A DNA stretch of 64,000 nt from an uncultured Verrucomicrobiae bacterium (GCA_963806855.1 CAWDYW010000003.1:1-64000), one strand, 5' to 3'; positions 37,736 through 50,607 are shown, counted from the stretch's first letter. Notes: a model not told the origin generated them from the letters alone. Numbers and translations are program-made.

Positions 37736-40700
37736 CTACTCGTGCACGATTTCGACAGTTGTGGGTTTCTGCTTCCCTTGCCGCGCATGGAAGAAATTGA
37801 GTAGTGGTGCGGCGATGAAGAGGGAGGACAAAGTTCCAAAAACAACTCCGACGATCATGACCAAGGAGAAGGCAAAAATGGTGCTTCCTCCCATCGCGAC
37901 GAGGGGAAGGAGAACCAGTAAGGTAGTTCCCGAGGTCATGGTTGTGCGGCTGAGTGTCACATTTAAGGCATGGTTGACGACTTCAATAAACGATGCCTTG
38001 CGCATGAATTTTACATCTTCTCGGATACGGTCGAACACGATGATGGTATCGTTTAGCGAGTATCCGACGATGGTCATGAGCGCTGCAATTGTATTGAGGT
38101 CGATCTGCATCGGCAGTCCGAGATAGTTCAAGATCGAGATCGAGGCGAGGGTGATCAGAATATCGTGAACTAAACACAGGGTTGCCGAAATAGCGTATTT
38201 AAATTCAAAGCGGAAGGTGATGTAGAGCAGGATCGCGATAACGGCGATTGCTAATCCGATCAGGGCGCTATTGCGCATCGAATCAGAGAGCTGTCCGCTT
38301 ATTTCGCTCCAATTTTGGTCGAGGTTAGCTAAGCTGTCTGGTGATATAACAAGCCCTTGGGCGGCTAAGCTTTGGACAACCCAGAGGATGCGGGGGTTGT
38401 TTTCAAATTGGTGCTTAACGTTCTTCCCGTCCATTTGCAAAGGCATGCCGAAGAAGGGGTGTCCATCTTGCTGCATGTTTTTGCTTAGGAAGAGGCGGAT
38501 GTGATTGAGCGGGGTCAGCTGCCGAACTTGGAAGTCTTGGGCAGAGGCACCTTTGGCAATCAGCGCTTTTTCGACAGCTTCGCGATAATTGAAATTGGCT
38601 TTTTGCTCTAACTCGACAGTGAGTGAATACCCTCCTGTAAAATCCATGCCCATGATCGTATGGCGCTGCTGAACGAACAGGGCCGCTCCGATGAGCACGA
38701 TGATTCCTGAGGCAAGGAATGCTGTCTTTGCATGCTTGAGGAAGTTGAAATTAACTGCATTGATCAGTTTCGACATGCTCAGTTTTGTATTTTTGGGATT
38801 CTGTACCCAACCGGTAAAGTAAAAACGGGTCATGAAGAGCGCAGTGAACATCGAGGAGACAATACCGATGATCAAAGACATCGCGAATCCTTTAATCGGA
38901 CCAGAATCAAATTGGAGGAGGATGAGCGCTGCGATGATCGTGGTGAGGTTGGAGTCGAGAATCGCCGAGAAGGCTTTTTCATAGCCTGCGAATATTGCAG
39001 AGCCAATTTTCCCGGTGAGGGCAAATTCTTCCCGTATCCGTTCAAAAATCAGAACGTTCGCATCGACTGCCATTCCGAGTGTGAGGATCGCACCGGCGAT
39101 TGTCGCCAAGGTCAAGGTGGCACCGAGGTTTTGTAAGATTGCCCACATGATCAGGAGGTTGACAATCACGGCAACGGATGCAACAAGGCCTGCGAAACGG
39201 TAGTATGCGATCATGCAGATGACAACGAGGGCAAGAGAAATGCAAGTTGCCATGATGCTGAAGGTCCGCTCTTTGGCTCCGAGTTCGGGGCTCACGTTCT
39301 TCTCAGAGAGAATGTGGGGGGTGAAGGAGAGGGATCCAGCTTTCAAATCGGCTTCAAGTTGGTTGACTTCTCGCTGTGTAAAGTTTCCTTCAATTCTGCA
39401 CCCTTCCCGAATTGAGGCTGTCAAATTGGGAGCAGTGATAATCGTTCCATTGAGGACCACGGCCATGCGCCAACCCTCGTTTGCTGAGAAGACCGCATTG
39501 GGTGTTCCGGTAATTTTATCTTTTGAGAATTGGGAGGTCCAGGCATAAAGATCGTCGCGAGGGTTGATTTTCTCACCTGATTTCAGCGCTTCTTTCCCTT
39601 GGATTTCAAAATTGAGGAAGTTCCCTTTATTGGGGTCATAACCGGCTTGGACATTTTTTAAGTTAGACCCTTCAAGAGCAAAATTGCGGAAAACGACGAC
39701 CAGAGGATGGGTTTTCCCATGCCACTCGGTAAAATCCTGTCCCCGTGTGATCGCAATTTTAGAAATAGCATCATTGAAGAGATTATTTGCGGTGTGATCA
39801 TTCGGGCTGGCGAGCCGCAGTCCATTTTCATGGAGGAGGCGGGCCGCATTGCTTCGAGGTTGAATCACTTCAGGATCGAGAGAATCCCCATGGAGATGTC
39901 TCCAGGCGATTTGATTGATTTCATCCGCGCTTTTGCGCCCAGTCACTACGGCTTCATTCCAGATTTCTTGAAGGAACTGCTCGGAGGCTTGGCCCAAATG
40001 GGGGTTGCGCTCATTGAATTTTTCATTGACCAAATGGAAATACATGGTCGAGGCTTTGATCAATTCTGAGGCGGAGAGGCTTTGTGAGCCAGGGAAGTCG
40101 AGGGTAATGCAGTTGCCTTCGCGGCGGATGCTCACCTCGGAGACGCCCATTTTATTGACCCGTTCATACAGCTCATTGATCCCCTGCCTGATTGCTTCGT
40201 CATCAGTGACGAGCTGATTTGTCTGATCGCGCAGCTGAATTTGCACTGTTTTACCGCCAGAAAGATCAAGTCCCCAGTTGAGGATTTTGCGGTCGTCGCC
40301 TGCAAAATACTTTGCGCTGCTGAGTTTCAAATTGTCCATCAGAACGCTGCGTGTCGGTTTGGGGACATCGTAGGGGGAAGAGCCAGCGATTTTGAGTTGG
40401 GATGCTCGGTAGTTATCGCGCCATTTCAAGAGATCTTCGTGCTGCTGATTGGCAATTTTATTTTTCGTGAGAATGCGCTGCCCCACATTTGTGAATTCCA
40501 AAATGGCATACCGCTTTGTGCCATGAACAGTAAAATCTTCACGTGTGGCATTGATGACTGGGAGATAAAAATCCTCGGCCTCAAAGATGAAGTCGTTAAC
40601 AAAGTCGGTATTGCTAGCCAGTGTGGAACCAGGGTAGCCAAAGAGACCATTCTGTTGCAGCAAAGTTTTTAAGGCATTGAAGTCCTGGAAAAATTGGCGC

Positions 40701-42295
40701 GAGTCTTCCGAATTTGGCGCAGCCTGCAATTTATTGATGATTTTATCGAGCCCTTTTGCAATGACGTAGATCGAACTGTTGTGCAGGTCGTGCTGTGCGA
40801 TTGTAGGTTGTGTGGCTGGAGCATAGATTACCAGGCCCAATTTTCGCTCATGGGCAGGCAGCTTCGAATAGGTCTCGTAATTCCAAATGGGGAACGACTC
40901 GCGGCCGAGGTCGCGGTGTTTCGGATGCCAGTGGGCAAGGAGCGATTGCCGGATCTCTTCTGCTCGAGCTGCTGCAACCTGCGACAGTCGCATTGCGAGG
41001 AAGCTATTGCTCCCTTCAAGGTCGCTCAATTTAACTTGAAAGCCTGTACCAAGTGGAGAAATTTGTTCGCCGCAGCTGCGCGATTCATAGGCGATTTCAT
41101 TATAGATGAATTGATCGGCCTGCTCCTTTTGATTCCGTTTTCCTTTAGCGACAAGTGCATCCTTAAAGGAGACTAGATCTGGGAAAATGGTCAGTTCAAT
41201 TGCCTCAGATTCCCAATCGATGGTGATATTTTGAATGTAGGGGTTGCGACCATCAAAGTTCAGGATTTGATGCTTTGATCTGGCTTCGTTCATTGCCGCA
41301 TAGCTTTGCTCGAGTTTGGTACTTAAAGATTCAAATGCCCAAGGATTCTTCCCAGCTGCAAAGGCGGCTTTATTCCTTTTTACAGCTGCATAGGCCCCTT
41401 CGATCGTTTTTTCTTGTGAGGTGAGCTGTTCGAGCCGTTGCTGTTTGTCTGTATCTAAGAAATTGCCTTTAGCTTGTAAACTTTGCGCTTCAGATTGCAG
41501 TGCGATTCTCTCTAATTTGAGTTGATCTTTTGCCTGTTCCAACGTGTGAATAAAGTTTTGAATGAAGAGGTCTCGGTTATCGGTTTCTACTTGTGAGAAG
41601 GAGGCAAAATAACGTTTGGCAGCCACTTCATTTTCACCAAAGACGCTGACTGCAGTAAGGATGTCTTGGGCAATTTGGAGGGTTAAATCTTGTGAAGGAT
41701 GGGCAATTAACGCCTGTACCCGTCTCCCGTTTTCGCTTGGGCCGCCTATTGCAACTGCAAGTTGGAGAGCCCGATCAAAAGTGAGCGCTTTGTACAGGGG
41801 GGTAGGGGCCCCGTTGGAATCCACTTTACTAGAGAATTGGAAATAGTTGTCTTTAGCAGCTTCATTAAAATGGAGAGGTATTTTCGTTTGGACGACAACT
41901 GTTTTTGATACTGGGGTGCCAGGATCTAACAGTGAGAGTTGGCTGGGAACAAAAGAGATCAGAGATCCTGCTTTGGGCAAAAACTTTGAAAATGTTTTAG
42001 CGTCTTCTAAATTTTTGAAGGTTAAAGCAAGATGGTGAGGGTTGTCAGCCTCTGGCGTAATGGATTGGGGCTTAATTTTGAGGAGCTTACAGAAGGAGTG
42101 GAGCCAATCTTGGGCTTCAACCTCGAGATGATTGACACGCTGCATCACCTCAGAAGAAATTTTTGACGCCCTATCTGCATCAATTGCCGATTTAAGTGGC
42201 TTCGAATAGAAGAATACTGTCGGAAGGATGTTATAGACAGTAAGGATAAGGACGCCGTAAATAAGCAACTGCTGCCAACGTTTTCTTTTTTCCAT
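37736..42295 (-). CDS. secDF: Fused protein translocase SecDF with long N-terminal extension
   Basis: GLDLSGG, GMAVDANVLIFERIREE, GMDFTGG, GYSLNDTIIVFDRIRE. Confidence 0.96.
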   Translation of the reverse strand: MEKRKRWQQLLIYGVLILTVYNILPTVFFYSKPLKSAIDADRASKISSEVMQRVNHLEVEAQDWLHSFCKLLKIKPQSITPEADNPHHLALTFKNLEDAKTFSKFLPKAGSLISFVPSQLSLLDPGTPVSKTVVVQTKIPLHFNEAAKDNYFQFSSKVDSNGAPTPLYKALTFDRALQLAVAIGGPSENGRRVQALIAHPSQDLTLQIAQDILTAVSVFGENEVAAKRYFASFSQVETDNRDLFIQNFIHTLEQAKDQLKLERIALQSEAQSLQAKGNFLDTDKQQRLEQLTSQEKTIEGAYAAVKRNKAAFAAGKNPWAFESLSTKLEQSYAAMNEARSKHQILNFDGRNPYIQNITIDWESEAIELTIFPDLVSFKDALVAKGKRNQKEQADQFIYNEIAYESRSCGEQISPLGTGFQVKLSDLEGSNSFLAMRLSQVAAARAEEIRQSLLAHWHPKHRDLGRESFPIWNYETYSKLPAHERKLGLVIYAPATQPTIAQHDLHNSSIYVIAKGLDKIINKLQAAPNSEDSRQFFQDFNALKTLLQQNGLFGYPGSTLASNTDFVNDFIFEAEDFYLPVINATREDFTVHGTKRYAILEFTNVGQRILTKNKIANQQHEDLLKWRDNYRASQLKIAGSSPYDVPKPTRSVLMDNLKLSSAKYFAGDDRKILNWGLDLSGGKTVQIQLRDQTNQLVTDDEAIRQGINELYERVNKMGVSEVSIRREGNCITLDFPGSQSLSASELIKASTMYFHLVNEKFNERNPHLGQASEQFLQEIWNEAVVTGRKSADEINQIAWRHLHGDSLDPEVIQPRSNAARLLHENGLRLASPNDHTANNLFNDAISKIAITRGQDFTEWHGKTHPLVVVFRNFALEGSNLKNVQAGYDPNKGNFLNFEIQGKEALKSGEKINPRDDLYAWTSQFSKDKITGTPNAVFSANEGWRMAVVLNGTIITAPNLTASIREGCRIEGNFTQREVNQLEADLKAGSLSFTPHILSEKNVSPELGAKERTFSIMATCISLALVVICMIAYYRFAGLVASVAVIVNLLIMWAILQNLGATLTLATIAGAILTLGMAVDANVLIFERIREEFALTGKIGSAIFAGYEKAFSAILDSNLTTIIAALILLQFDSGPIKGFAMSLIIGIVSSMFTALFMTRFYFTGWVQNPKNTKLSMSKLINAVNFNFLKHAKTAFLASGIIVLIGAALFVQQRHTIMGMDFTGGYSLTVELEQKANFNYREAVEKALIAKGASAQDFQVRQLTPLNHIRLFLSKNMQQDGHPFFGMPLQMDGKNVKHQFENNPRILWVVQSLAAQGLVISPDSLANLDQNWSEISGQLSDSMRNSALIGLAIAVIAILLYITFRFEFKYAISATLCLVHDILITLASISILNYLGLPMQIDLNTIAALMTIVGYSLNDTIIVFDRIREDVKFMRKASFIEVVNHALNVTLSRTTMTSGTTLLVLLPLVAMGGSTIFAFSLVMIVGVVFGTLSSLFIAAPLLNFFHARQGKQKPTTVEIVHE

Positions 42296-42392
42296 AGTTT
42301 CCCATTTAGATAGTTCTATTTGGGTAAGGGTATCCTATCAAAACCCAAAATGTCCACTCAAAAATTCTTCTGAAAATTTTTAGCTAGTGTAG

Positions 42393-44499
<2,107 letters not shown>

Positions 44500-44503
<4 letters not shown>

Positions 44504-45375
44504 AATCCGATCAATTTTCAGATTTAAATAAGAGAACAGCGATGACGGTGGGGATCCTGGTCGTGCTGATCCTTCTCATCATTTATGCAGCGAACCCAAT
44601 TGTGAGTCTATGCATCGTCGCGCTCGTGTCTGCCTTCGCGGCACTCGGCGTGTGGGAATATGCCCGACTGGCCAATTCCAAAGGGGTTCAACCGGCCCTC
44701 TATTTAATGATCACTGTCGCCGTCTGCGAGGTGATCGCCTTTTTTATCGCCCATAAGTGGATCCATTCCTGTGAATTGCCCGTATTTGTCGCCGCTATCG
44801 GTGTGTGCCTGTTCTTTTTAAATCGCTTTCGTAGATCGGAAGAGGCGCTGATCAATGTCGCGGTAGAATTTTTTGGCGTCGCCTATATCGCGATCCCACT
44901 TAGCTACATGCTTGCCATTCTCTATCCCATCGCCCCCTCCTCTGTTGAAGATGGCAGATGGTGGCTCTGCTACCTCATTTTTGTCACAAAAATCACCGAC
45001 ATTGGGGCCTATTTTGTTGGACGCATCTGGGGCAAGCATCGGCTGGCTCCGGTCTTAAGCCCCAACAAAACAGTCGAAGGGGCAATCGGAGGGCTGGTTT
45101 GCACGATTTTGCTTAGCCTGCTTATGGTCTATTTAGGGCGAGTTTTTGCAGGGCATGCCTTCCCTCTAAAATATCTCGATGCCCTTTTTCTCGGAATTTT
45201 GATTGGGGTGTTTGGGCAAATTGGCGACTTGGCTGAATCGCTGCTGAAGCGGGATGCCGCCGTAAAGGATAGCAGCCGGATGCCTGGCCTCGGAGGAGTA
45301 CTCGACATGATCGATTCGCTTATCTTTACAGCTCCGATCGTCTATTTCTATCTTAGATGGTACCCCCACTCATGA
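44500..45375 (+). CDS. cdsA: Phosphatidate cytidylyltransferase
   Basis: DIGAYFVG, SPNKTVEG, GDLAESLLKRDAAVKDS. Confidence 0.96.
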
Positions 45376-46715
45376 TCATTACAATCGACGGACCCGCAGG
45401 GACAGGAAAGAGTACAGTTGCCAAAAAAGTCGCCGACAGGCTGGGGATGATCTATTTCGACACCGGAGCAATGTATCGGGCCTTTACTTGGACCCTCTTA
45501 AATAAGGAAATTCCATTCAGCAACGCCGAGCAAATCGATCGGGAATTAGCAACCTTTTTATTCGACATCGAGATGATGGAGGGAAGAAAACGGTATTTTG
45601 TCAATGGAACCGATGTGACCGAAGCCATTCGGACTCAAAAGATCAATGAAAACGTCTCTGAAGTCTCTGCGATGAAAAACGTGCGCGAGTCCCTATGTAG
45701 AATACAACGCTCCTACGCGCAAAAGCAGGGATCTGTCTTCGAAGGGCGGGATATGGGTTCGGTCGTCTTCCCGAATGCTGAGGTGAAAATCTTCCTCGAA
45801 GCCTCTGCCGAAGTACGTGCCAAGCGCAGACTGAGCGAGATGAAAGAGAAAATGCCCCATGAGGCGGCAGCTTTCGATGAAAAGAAAATGGAGCAAGATT
45901 TGAAGCGGCGCGATGCCTATGACTCAAGCAGAAAAATCGCTCCACTGGTCTGTCCTAAAGGGGCGCTGCGAATCGACACCTCAGAGCTTACCATTGATCA
46001 AGTTGTAGAGAAAATCATTCAATATTACCACAAACAAGTCAAAAAATTGATCCCTGCTTGGCTCCACTCCAAACAGATGGGTCTGTTGTATCGCTTTATC
46101 CTTTTTCTCGCATGGGGAGCCTTTAGACTCTTTTATCGACACAAGGTCTATGGAATCGAGCATTTCATCCGTGGATCGGCGATCATCGCCCCCAATCACA
46201 CTTCCTATCTGGATCCTGAAATTGCGTCGATTTCTTGGCCAGAAGAGGTCCATTTCCTCGCCCGTGAAAGCCTCTTTAAACCTTTTCTTTTCGGTCCTTT
46301 TATTCGAGCCCTCAACGCTCATCCTGTCAGCGGGGATGCGACCGACATCGGCGTCTTTAAAACGATCATCGAGATCTTAAAAGAAGGGAAGCAACTTATC
46401 CTTTTTCCAGAAGGAGAGAGAACCGATGGGGAACTTCAGGAAATTAAACCGGGAATTGGGATGCTCGCGATCAGATCGAAAGCCGCCATCATCCCCACCT
46501 ACATTCACGGCGCCTATGAAATCTGGGGAAGACACCGGAAGTTTCCAAAGCTATTCGGCCATACCGCCTGCGTCTTTGGAACGCCGATCCATTGGGAAGC
46601 CTTTATCAATCTGGATAAGAAAGAGGCGCAGGCCAAAATTGCAGAAGAGGTTACGAAATCGATTCTCGCCTTGAAGGCCTGGTATGAAGCCGGAGCGAAG
46701 GGAATACCCCCATAG
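45372..46715 (+). CDS. cmk: Fused cytidylate kinase / 1-acyl-sn-glycerol-3-phosphate acyltransferase (Cmk-PlsC)
   Basis: IDGPAGTGKS, DTGAMYR and EGRDMG, then NHTSYLD and FPEGER in one continuous frame. Confidence 0.92.
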   Translation: MIITIDGPAGTGKSTVAKKVADRLGMIYFDTGAMYRAFTWTLLNKEIPFSNAEQIDRELATFLFDIEMMEGRKRYFVNGTDVTEAIRTQKINENVSEVSAMKNVRESLCRIQRSYAQKQGSVFEGRDMGSVVFPNAEVKIFLEASAEVRAKRRLSEMKEKMPHEAAAFDEKKMEQDLKRRDAYDSSRKIAPLVCPKGALRIDTSELTIDQVVEKIIQYYHKQVKKLIPAWLHSKQMGLLYRFILFLAWGAFRLFYRHKVYGIEHFIRGSAIIAPNHTSYLDPEIASISWPEEVHFLARESLFKPFLFGPFIRALNAHPVSGDATDIGVFKTIIEILKEGKQLILFPEGERTDGELQEIKPGIGMLAIRSKAAIIPTYIHGAYEIWGRHRKFPKLFGHTACVFGTPIHWEAFINLDKKEAQAKIAEEVTKSILALKAWYEAGAKGIPP

Positions 46716-46726
46716 CGATAGCGAAT

Positions 46727-46810
46727 TGCGGCCAAGAAGACTTGAACTTCCACCGAGTTGCCCCGACAAGAACCTGAATCTTGCGCGTCTACCAGTTTCG
46801 CCATGGCCGC
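46727..46810 (-). tRNA. tRNA-Leu (anticodon CAG), CCA not encoded
   Basis: GCGGCCATGGCGAAACTGGTAGACGCGCAAGA-TTCAGGT-TCTTG, long variable arm, GTTCAAGTC T-loop, acceptor TGGCCGCA. Confidence 0.95.
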
Positions 46811-46895
46811 ATAGGGTTCTATTATGCCTATTGTCTTCTAAAAATTCCAGCGAATATGTTAGACTTAAGGTTAGAACAGGCATGAGGAGATGAGG

Positions 46896-47234
46896 ATGGC
46901 TGAAAAAAAGAATGATCATTTTACCCTTTTAACCGAAGAAAATTTTAAAAATGGTGTTAGCGACGGCCTGACGCTTGTCGATTTTTATGCCGATTGGTGC
47001 GGCCCTTGCAGAATGCTTACTCCTGTCTTAGAGGATGTGGCGAAGGATGTCGCAGGCCAAGCGAAAATCGCCAAAATCGATATCGATCAAGCGCAGAGAG
47101 TTGCTTCTACATATCAAGTGACCTCTATTCCCACTCTTATCCTATTTAAAGATGGAAAAGAAGTGGGACGGCTCGTTGGACTTCGCGATCGGGATACAAT
47201 CAAAGAATTTATCCAGGTCGGTGCCCATAAGTGA
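46896..47234 (+). CDS. trxA: Thioredoxin
   Basis: DFYADWCGPC, SIPTL. Confidence 0.95.
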   Translation: MAEKKNDHFTLLTEENFKNGVSDGLTLVDFYADWCGPCRMLTPVLEDVAKDVAGQAKIAKIDIDQAQRVASTYQVTSIPTLILFKDGKEVGRLVGLRDRDTIKEFIQVGAHK

Positions 47235-47806
47235 CTGCTGCTATCCCAATTGCTCGCCTGAAAAATGATGAGGTAGGTCAATTCACTCCTACCGATATTT
47301 TATTGGGTGCAGCGGGATCAGTAGTTTCTATAGGAATTGGGTACGGTGCCATGCGCGGCACGCAAGTTTTGATGGAAAATTGGGCGCTGAAAGGACTTGA
47401 ATCCCAATCTTATTTCCATCTTTATGATTGGCTGGGAACGGTTTCAAGCGGTCTATTGCGCGGCATTTTAAAATCAGTTGCCATTGCCTATATAGTGATC
47501 CTAATTCCGATTGTCGAGGAGTGGTTCTTTCGCGACGTGCTGTATTCTTGGCAAGAAGCTAAGAGTTCATCCCCAGACAAACTCAGTTCGAGAATCTATC
47601 GAGTGCTCTCAAATGGGCTTGTTTTTGGTGCTTTTCATTTTAGTCTTTTGCTAGGATGGTCAAATATCCCGATTGTTGCGGTGAGCACGATCGCGGGTTT
47701 CGTTTTTTCATTATTACGAGAATTGACGGGAGATCGTTGGGCTTCAACAGTGGCCCATTCTCTGAATAATTCTTTTGTATTATTTATTAACGTTTTAAGG
47801 ATTTAG
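47231..47806 (+). CDS. CPBP (CAAX/Abi) family intramembrane protease
   Basis: EEWFFR, FGAFH, HSLNN. Confidence 0.88.
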   Translation: MTAAIPIARLKNDEVGQFTPTDILLGAAGSVVSIGIGYGAMRGTQVLMENWALKGLESQSYFHLYDWLGTVSSGLLRGILKSVAIAYIVILIPIVEEWFFRDVLYSWQEAKSSSPDKLSSRIYRVLSNGLVFGAFHFSLLLGWSNIPIVAVSTIAGFVFSLLRELTGDRWASTVAHSLNNSFVLFINVLRI

Positions 47807-47815
47807 AGGTTCTTT

Positions 47816-48184
47816 ATGTATCTATGGTTATTATGCTTAGCCCTATTTGGCACCCTGCCAGCAGTTGCAGCTGAGGTTCCCGTTGTCACGGAACAAAATT
47901 TTGATGACTCGATTAAATCGGGAGTGGTCTTAGTCGACTTTTATGGCTCCTGGTGCGGTCCCTGCAAAAAACTCGGCCCCGTCCTCGATAGTGCTGCAGA
48001 CAAATTGAAAGGCGGTAAGAAAATTGTCAAAGTCAATATCGATCAGTCGAAAGATTTGGCAGATCGATTTAATGTCCGAGCTGTCCCCACAATGATTCTC
48101 TTTAAGAATGGTAAAGAGGTTGATCGGATGCAAGGCGCTGTCAGCGAAGATGACGTTTTAGACTTTATCAACTCTGCTAAGTAA
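47816..48184 (+). CDS. Thioredoxin with N-terminal signal peptide
   Basis: MYLWLLCLALFGTLPAVAA signal sequence followed by a WCGPC domain. Confidence 0.88.
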   Translation: MYLWLLCLALFGTLPAVAAEVPVVTEQNFDDSIKSGVVLVDFYGSWCGPCKKLGPVLDSAADKLKGGKKIVKVNIDQSKDLADRFNVRAVPTMILFKNGKEVDRMQGAVSEDDVLDFINSAK

Positions 48185-48188
48185 ATAA

Positions 48189-48265
48189 ACGTGCCCGTGT
48201 GCGTGCCCCTGCCCGTGCCCGAAATTTTTTTTCGGGCACGGGCAGGGGCACGCGCACGGGCACGT
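48189..48265. repeat. 36-bp-stem hairpin built of GTGCCC-type hexamers (possible bidirectional terminator)
   Basis: acgtgcccgtgtgcgtgcccctgcccgtgcccgaaa and its inverse, 1 mismatch, 5-nt loop. Confidence 0.85.
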
Positions 48266-48284
48266 AATTTCTATAATGGTTTTA

Positions 48285-48450
48285 TACCCATTCCGTTTCA
48301 AAGATACCTGAAAAGGACTGAATTGAAAGCTCCCGCGATTGAATTATTTTTCAGAGGGTAGTATTAAATTCAATACAACCCTCTGAAAAAATAATTCAAT
48401 CCCGGGGCTTTGAATCAGTCCCTTAGGGTGTCTTTGAGACGGAATGGGTA
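48285..48450. mobile_element. 166-bp palindromic element, family B (full copy)
   Basis: TIRs tacccattccgtttcaaagatacc / ggtgtctttgagacggaatgggta and inner stem attgaattatttttcagaggg / ccctctgaaaaaataattcaat. TA ends; solo arms elsewhere in the window. Confidence 0.8.
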
Positions 48451-50607
48451 TTACCCCAATGCAACACATTATCGAGGATTGACCAGCGGGGCTCTGCTGG
48501 GCCGGCGACGCCCGTTTTACCCATGATCCAGAGGCTGTATTGGGCATCTTTGAAGCCATCATTTGCTTTCAATGTCAGCCACGTATTCAAAAAGTTGAGA
48601 AACTCGGGATCGCCGCATTTAATCGGATAGCCGAGTGTTTCAACGCCTAAATGTGGTTTAGGGTAAACGACCTCAAATAGAGGGTGGGCACTGGTCCAAG
48701 CAATCGCCTCTTGCTCGTCCCAAATGAGAATATCGGCAGGGGGATTTTCTCGATCAAATTCATCATAATCTTCAAGTAACACGATCTGATGCTGGGGGAA
48801 ATGATCATAGGCGATCCGTTCATAAGCGCTGTGAGTAGGGCGGCAATTTTGATTGAACGGTCGGCTTGCACTTTTTTAAGTGTGGACACCAGTTTGCGTT
48901 TTTTGTCTGGGGCGACAAAGACGATTTTTGCTTCAAGAATGGGAGTGGGAAAACACATCGTTCTTAGGCGAGACTCTGAGATGGAAATCGATGACATGGC
49001 GATATCGATGACATTATTATCGAGCTGTTGATCTAAATTTCTGTAGATGATGGGAATAAAATCGATCTGGTCGCAGCCTAAATCGTAGGCTAGTTGCTGA
49101 GCAAAGGCGATGTCAAATCCAACCAATTGATGCTGGTTATTAAAAAAGCAGAACGGGGTGGAATGGGGATCGTAGCCAACACGAAGAGTTTTCGTTCTAA
49201 AAATGCGATGGAGAGTCGATTCATTTGCTGCGGCTGCAAGGGGAGGTAGTTGCTTCGAATAGACGTTCACTTTTGCGGCAGATTCAATTTGTAGATCGAA
49301 AATCGTTTTCGATTCGTTTTGGATGCGGGGAAGGAAGTTAAAATATTTCAGCCCCCCAAAAATGAGCAGGACCGGGACGACAGTAAAGGCGGTGCCAAAG
49401 AGCAATTTTTTCCAATTATAGGTAAGGAGTCCCCTGCCGGCGAGCATGATCAAGAAAGCCAGAGTGGAGATCAGCATTGCCGAGACCATCGATTGGAAGC
49501 CGGCAGTAAAGGGAACAACTGCGAGGTAGAGGTTGATGGCGTCGATCGGCAGTCCCAGAGTGTCGAGGATGAAGGTCAAGCTATTGATCCACGAGCCAAG
49601 GCCGACAGCGCCAAGGCAGGTAAGAAAGGTTGTAACGAGCAGCTTCAGCTGTTCAGGGATTCCGAGTTTAACCGAGAAAAAGACAGCGGTGAAGAAGACA
49701 AAGGCTGCAGTGAAAAATGATCCAAGGGGGAAGTTAAAAATGATCGAGACCGTACCTTGGACCTGACTTTGGACATTTTCATCTTTCGGATAGAGCATCT
49801 GCACTTCACGTCGGATGATATTGATGATATAGGGCAAAGCGACGATTGTAAGAGTCGTCGTATAGGTGAGGATCAGCACCGGGATCAAGTTCTTGATCCA
49901 GATAACCGCTTTCATTGGGGTGAGAATGCTTGCAAGCCTTGGTATAATCCAGAAGACGACCAGCAGCGTCCCCACGAATAACAAAATGATGTAGGTACTC
50001 ATCTGCTTGAGTAGTGGCGAATTGACGTCCCACTTGAGGCCATGATCATAAAGGTTCCAATTGGAGTGATCCGGGCGATCCAGGAAGTGACTTTGGTCAG
50101 AGCATCGAGAAGAGTCTGCAACGTGGCCATAAAAACTTGTTTATCGGCCATGTACATCAATGAAATTCCAATCAGAATGCAAAAGACAACGACCGCCGGG
50201 ATGATGTTGTTGGCCAAGTTATAAAAGATATTCTCTGGGATGAGAAGCTCGGCAAAATTGAGAGCGGGGATCTCTTTTGAGACGTAGCTTGTGTGCTGTG
50301 GTCCTTCTGCAGCCGGATAGGTCCAATACATCAAGTAAATGACGCAGATATTGATGGCGAGCGCGAGCGCGATGAAAATCGATCCCTTCTTTAGAATTTG
50401 CATGGCCTGGGCTCGGTTGAGCAACCCAATACCGTGGATAATCGCGACGATCAAATAAGGGATCGCCGTGATCTTGAGGATCATGATGTAGGCGGAAGCA
50501 TAAGGCTCCAAAACAGCGCATCTTTGCCCAAAAAAGAGGCCGACGCATATCCCTAAGAGGGTTGCGAGCGCCATTTGAAGAGGAAAAGAAAATCTACTTG
50601 GGCTCAT
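48423..50607 (-). pseudogene. Dicarboxylate/amino acid:cation symporter fused to an SBP_bac_3 binding domain, frameshifted
   Basis: DAACS N-terminus (49999-50607), middle plus SBP part (LRVGY, VGFDIAFAQQLA), C-terminal piece 48423-48830. Indels near 50005-50040 and near 48833. Confidence 0.75.

Noticed and set aside
46727..46810. tRNA-Leu as an island integration site
   Set aside because: No duplicated tRNA 3' end was noticed, and core genes lie on its 3' side.
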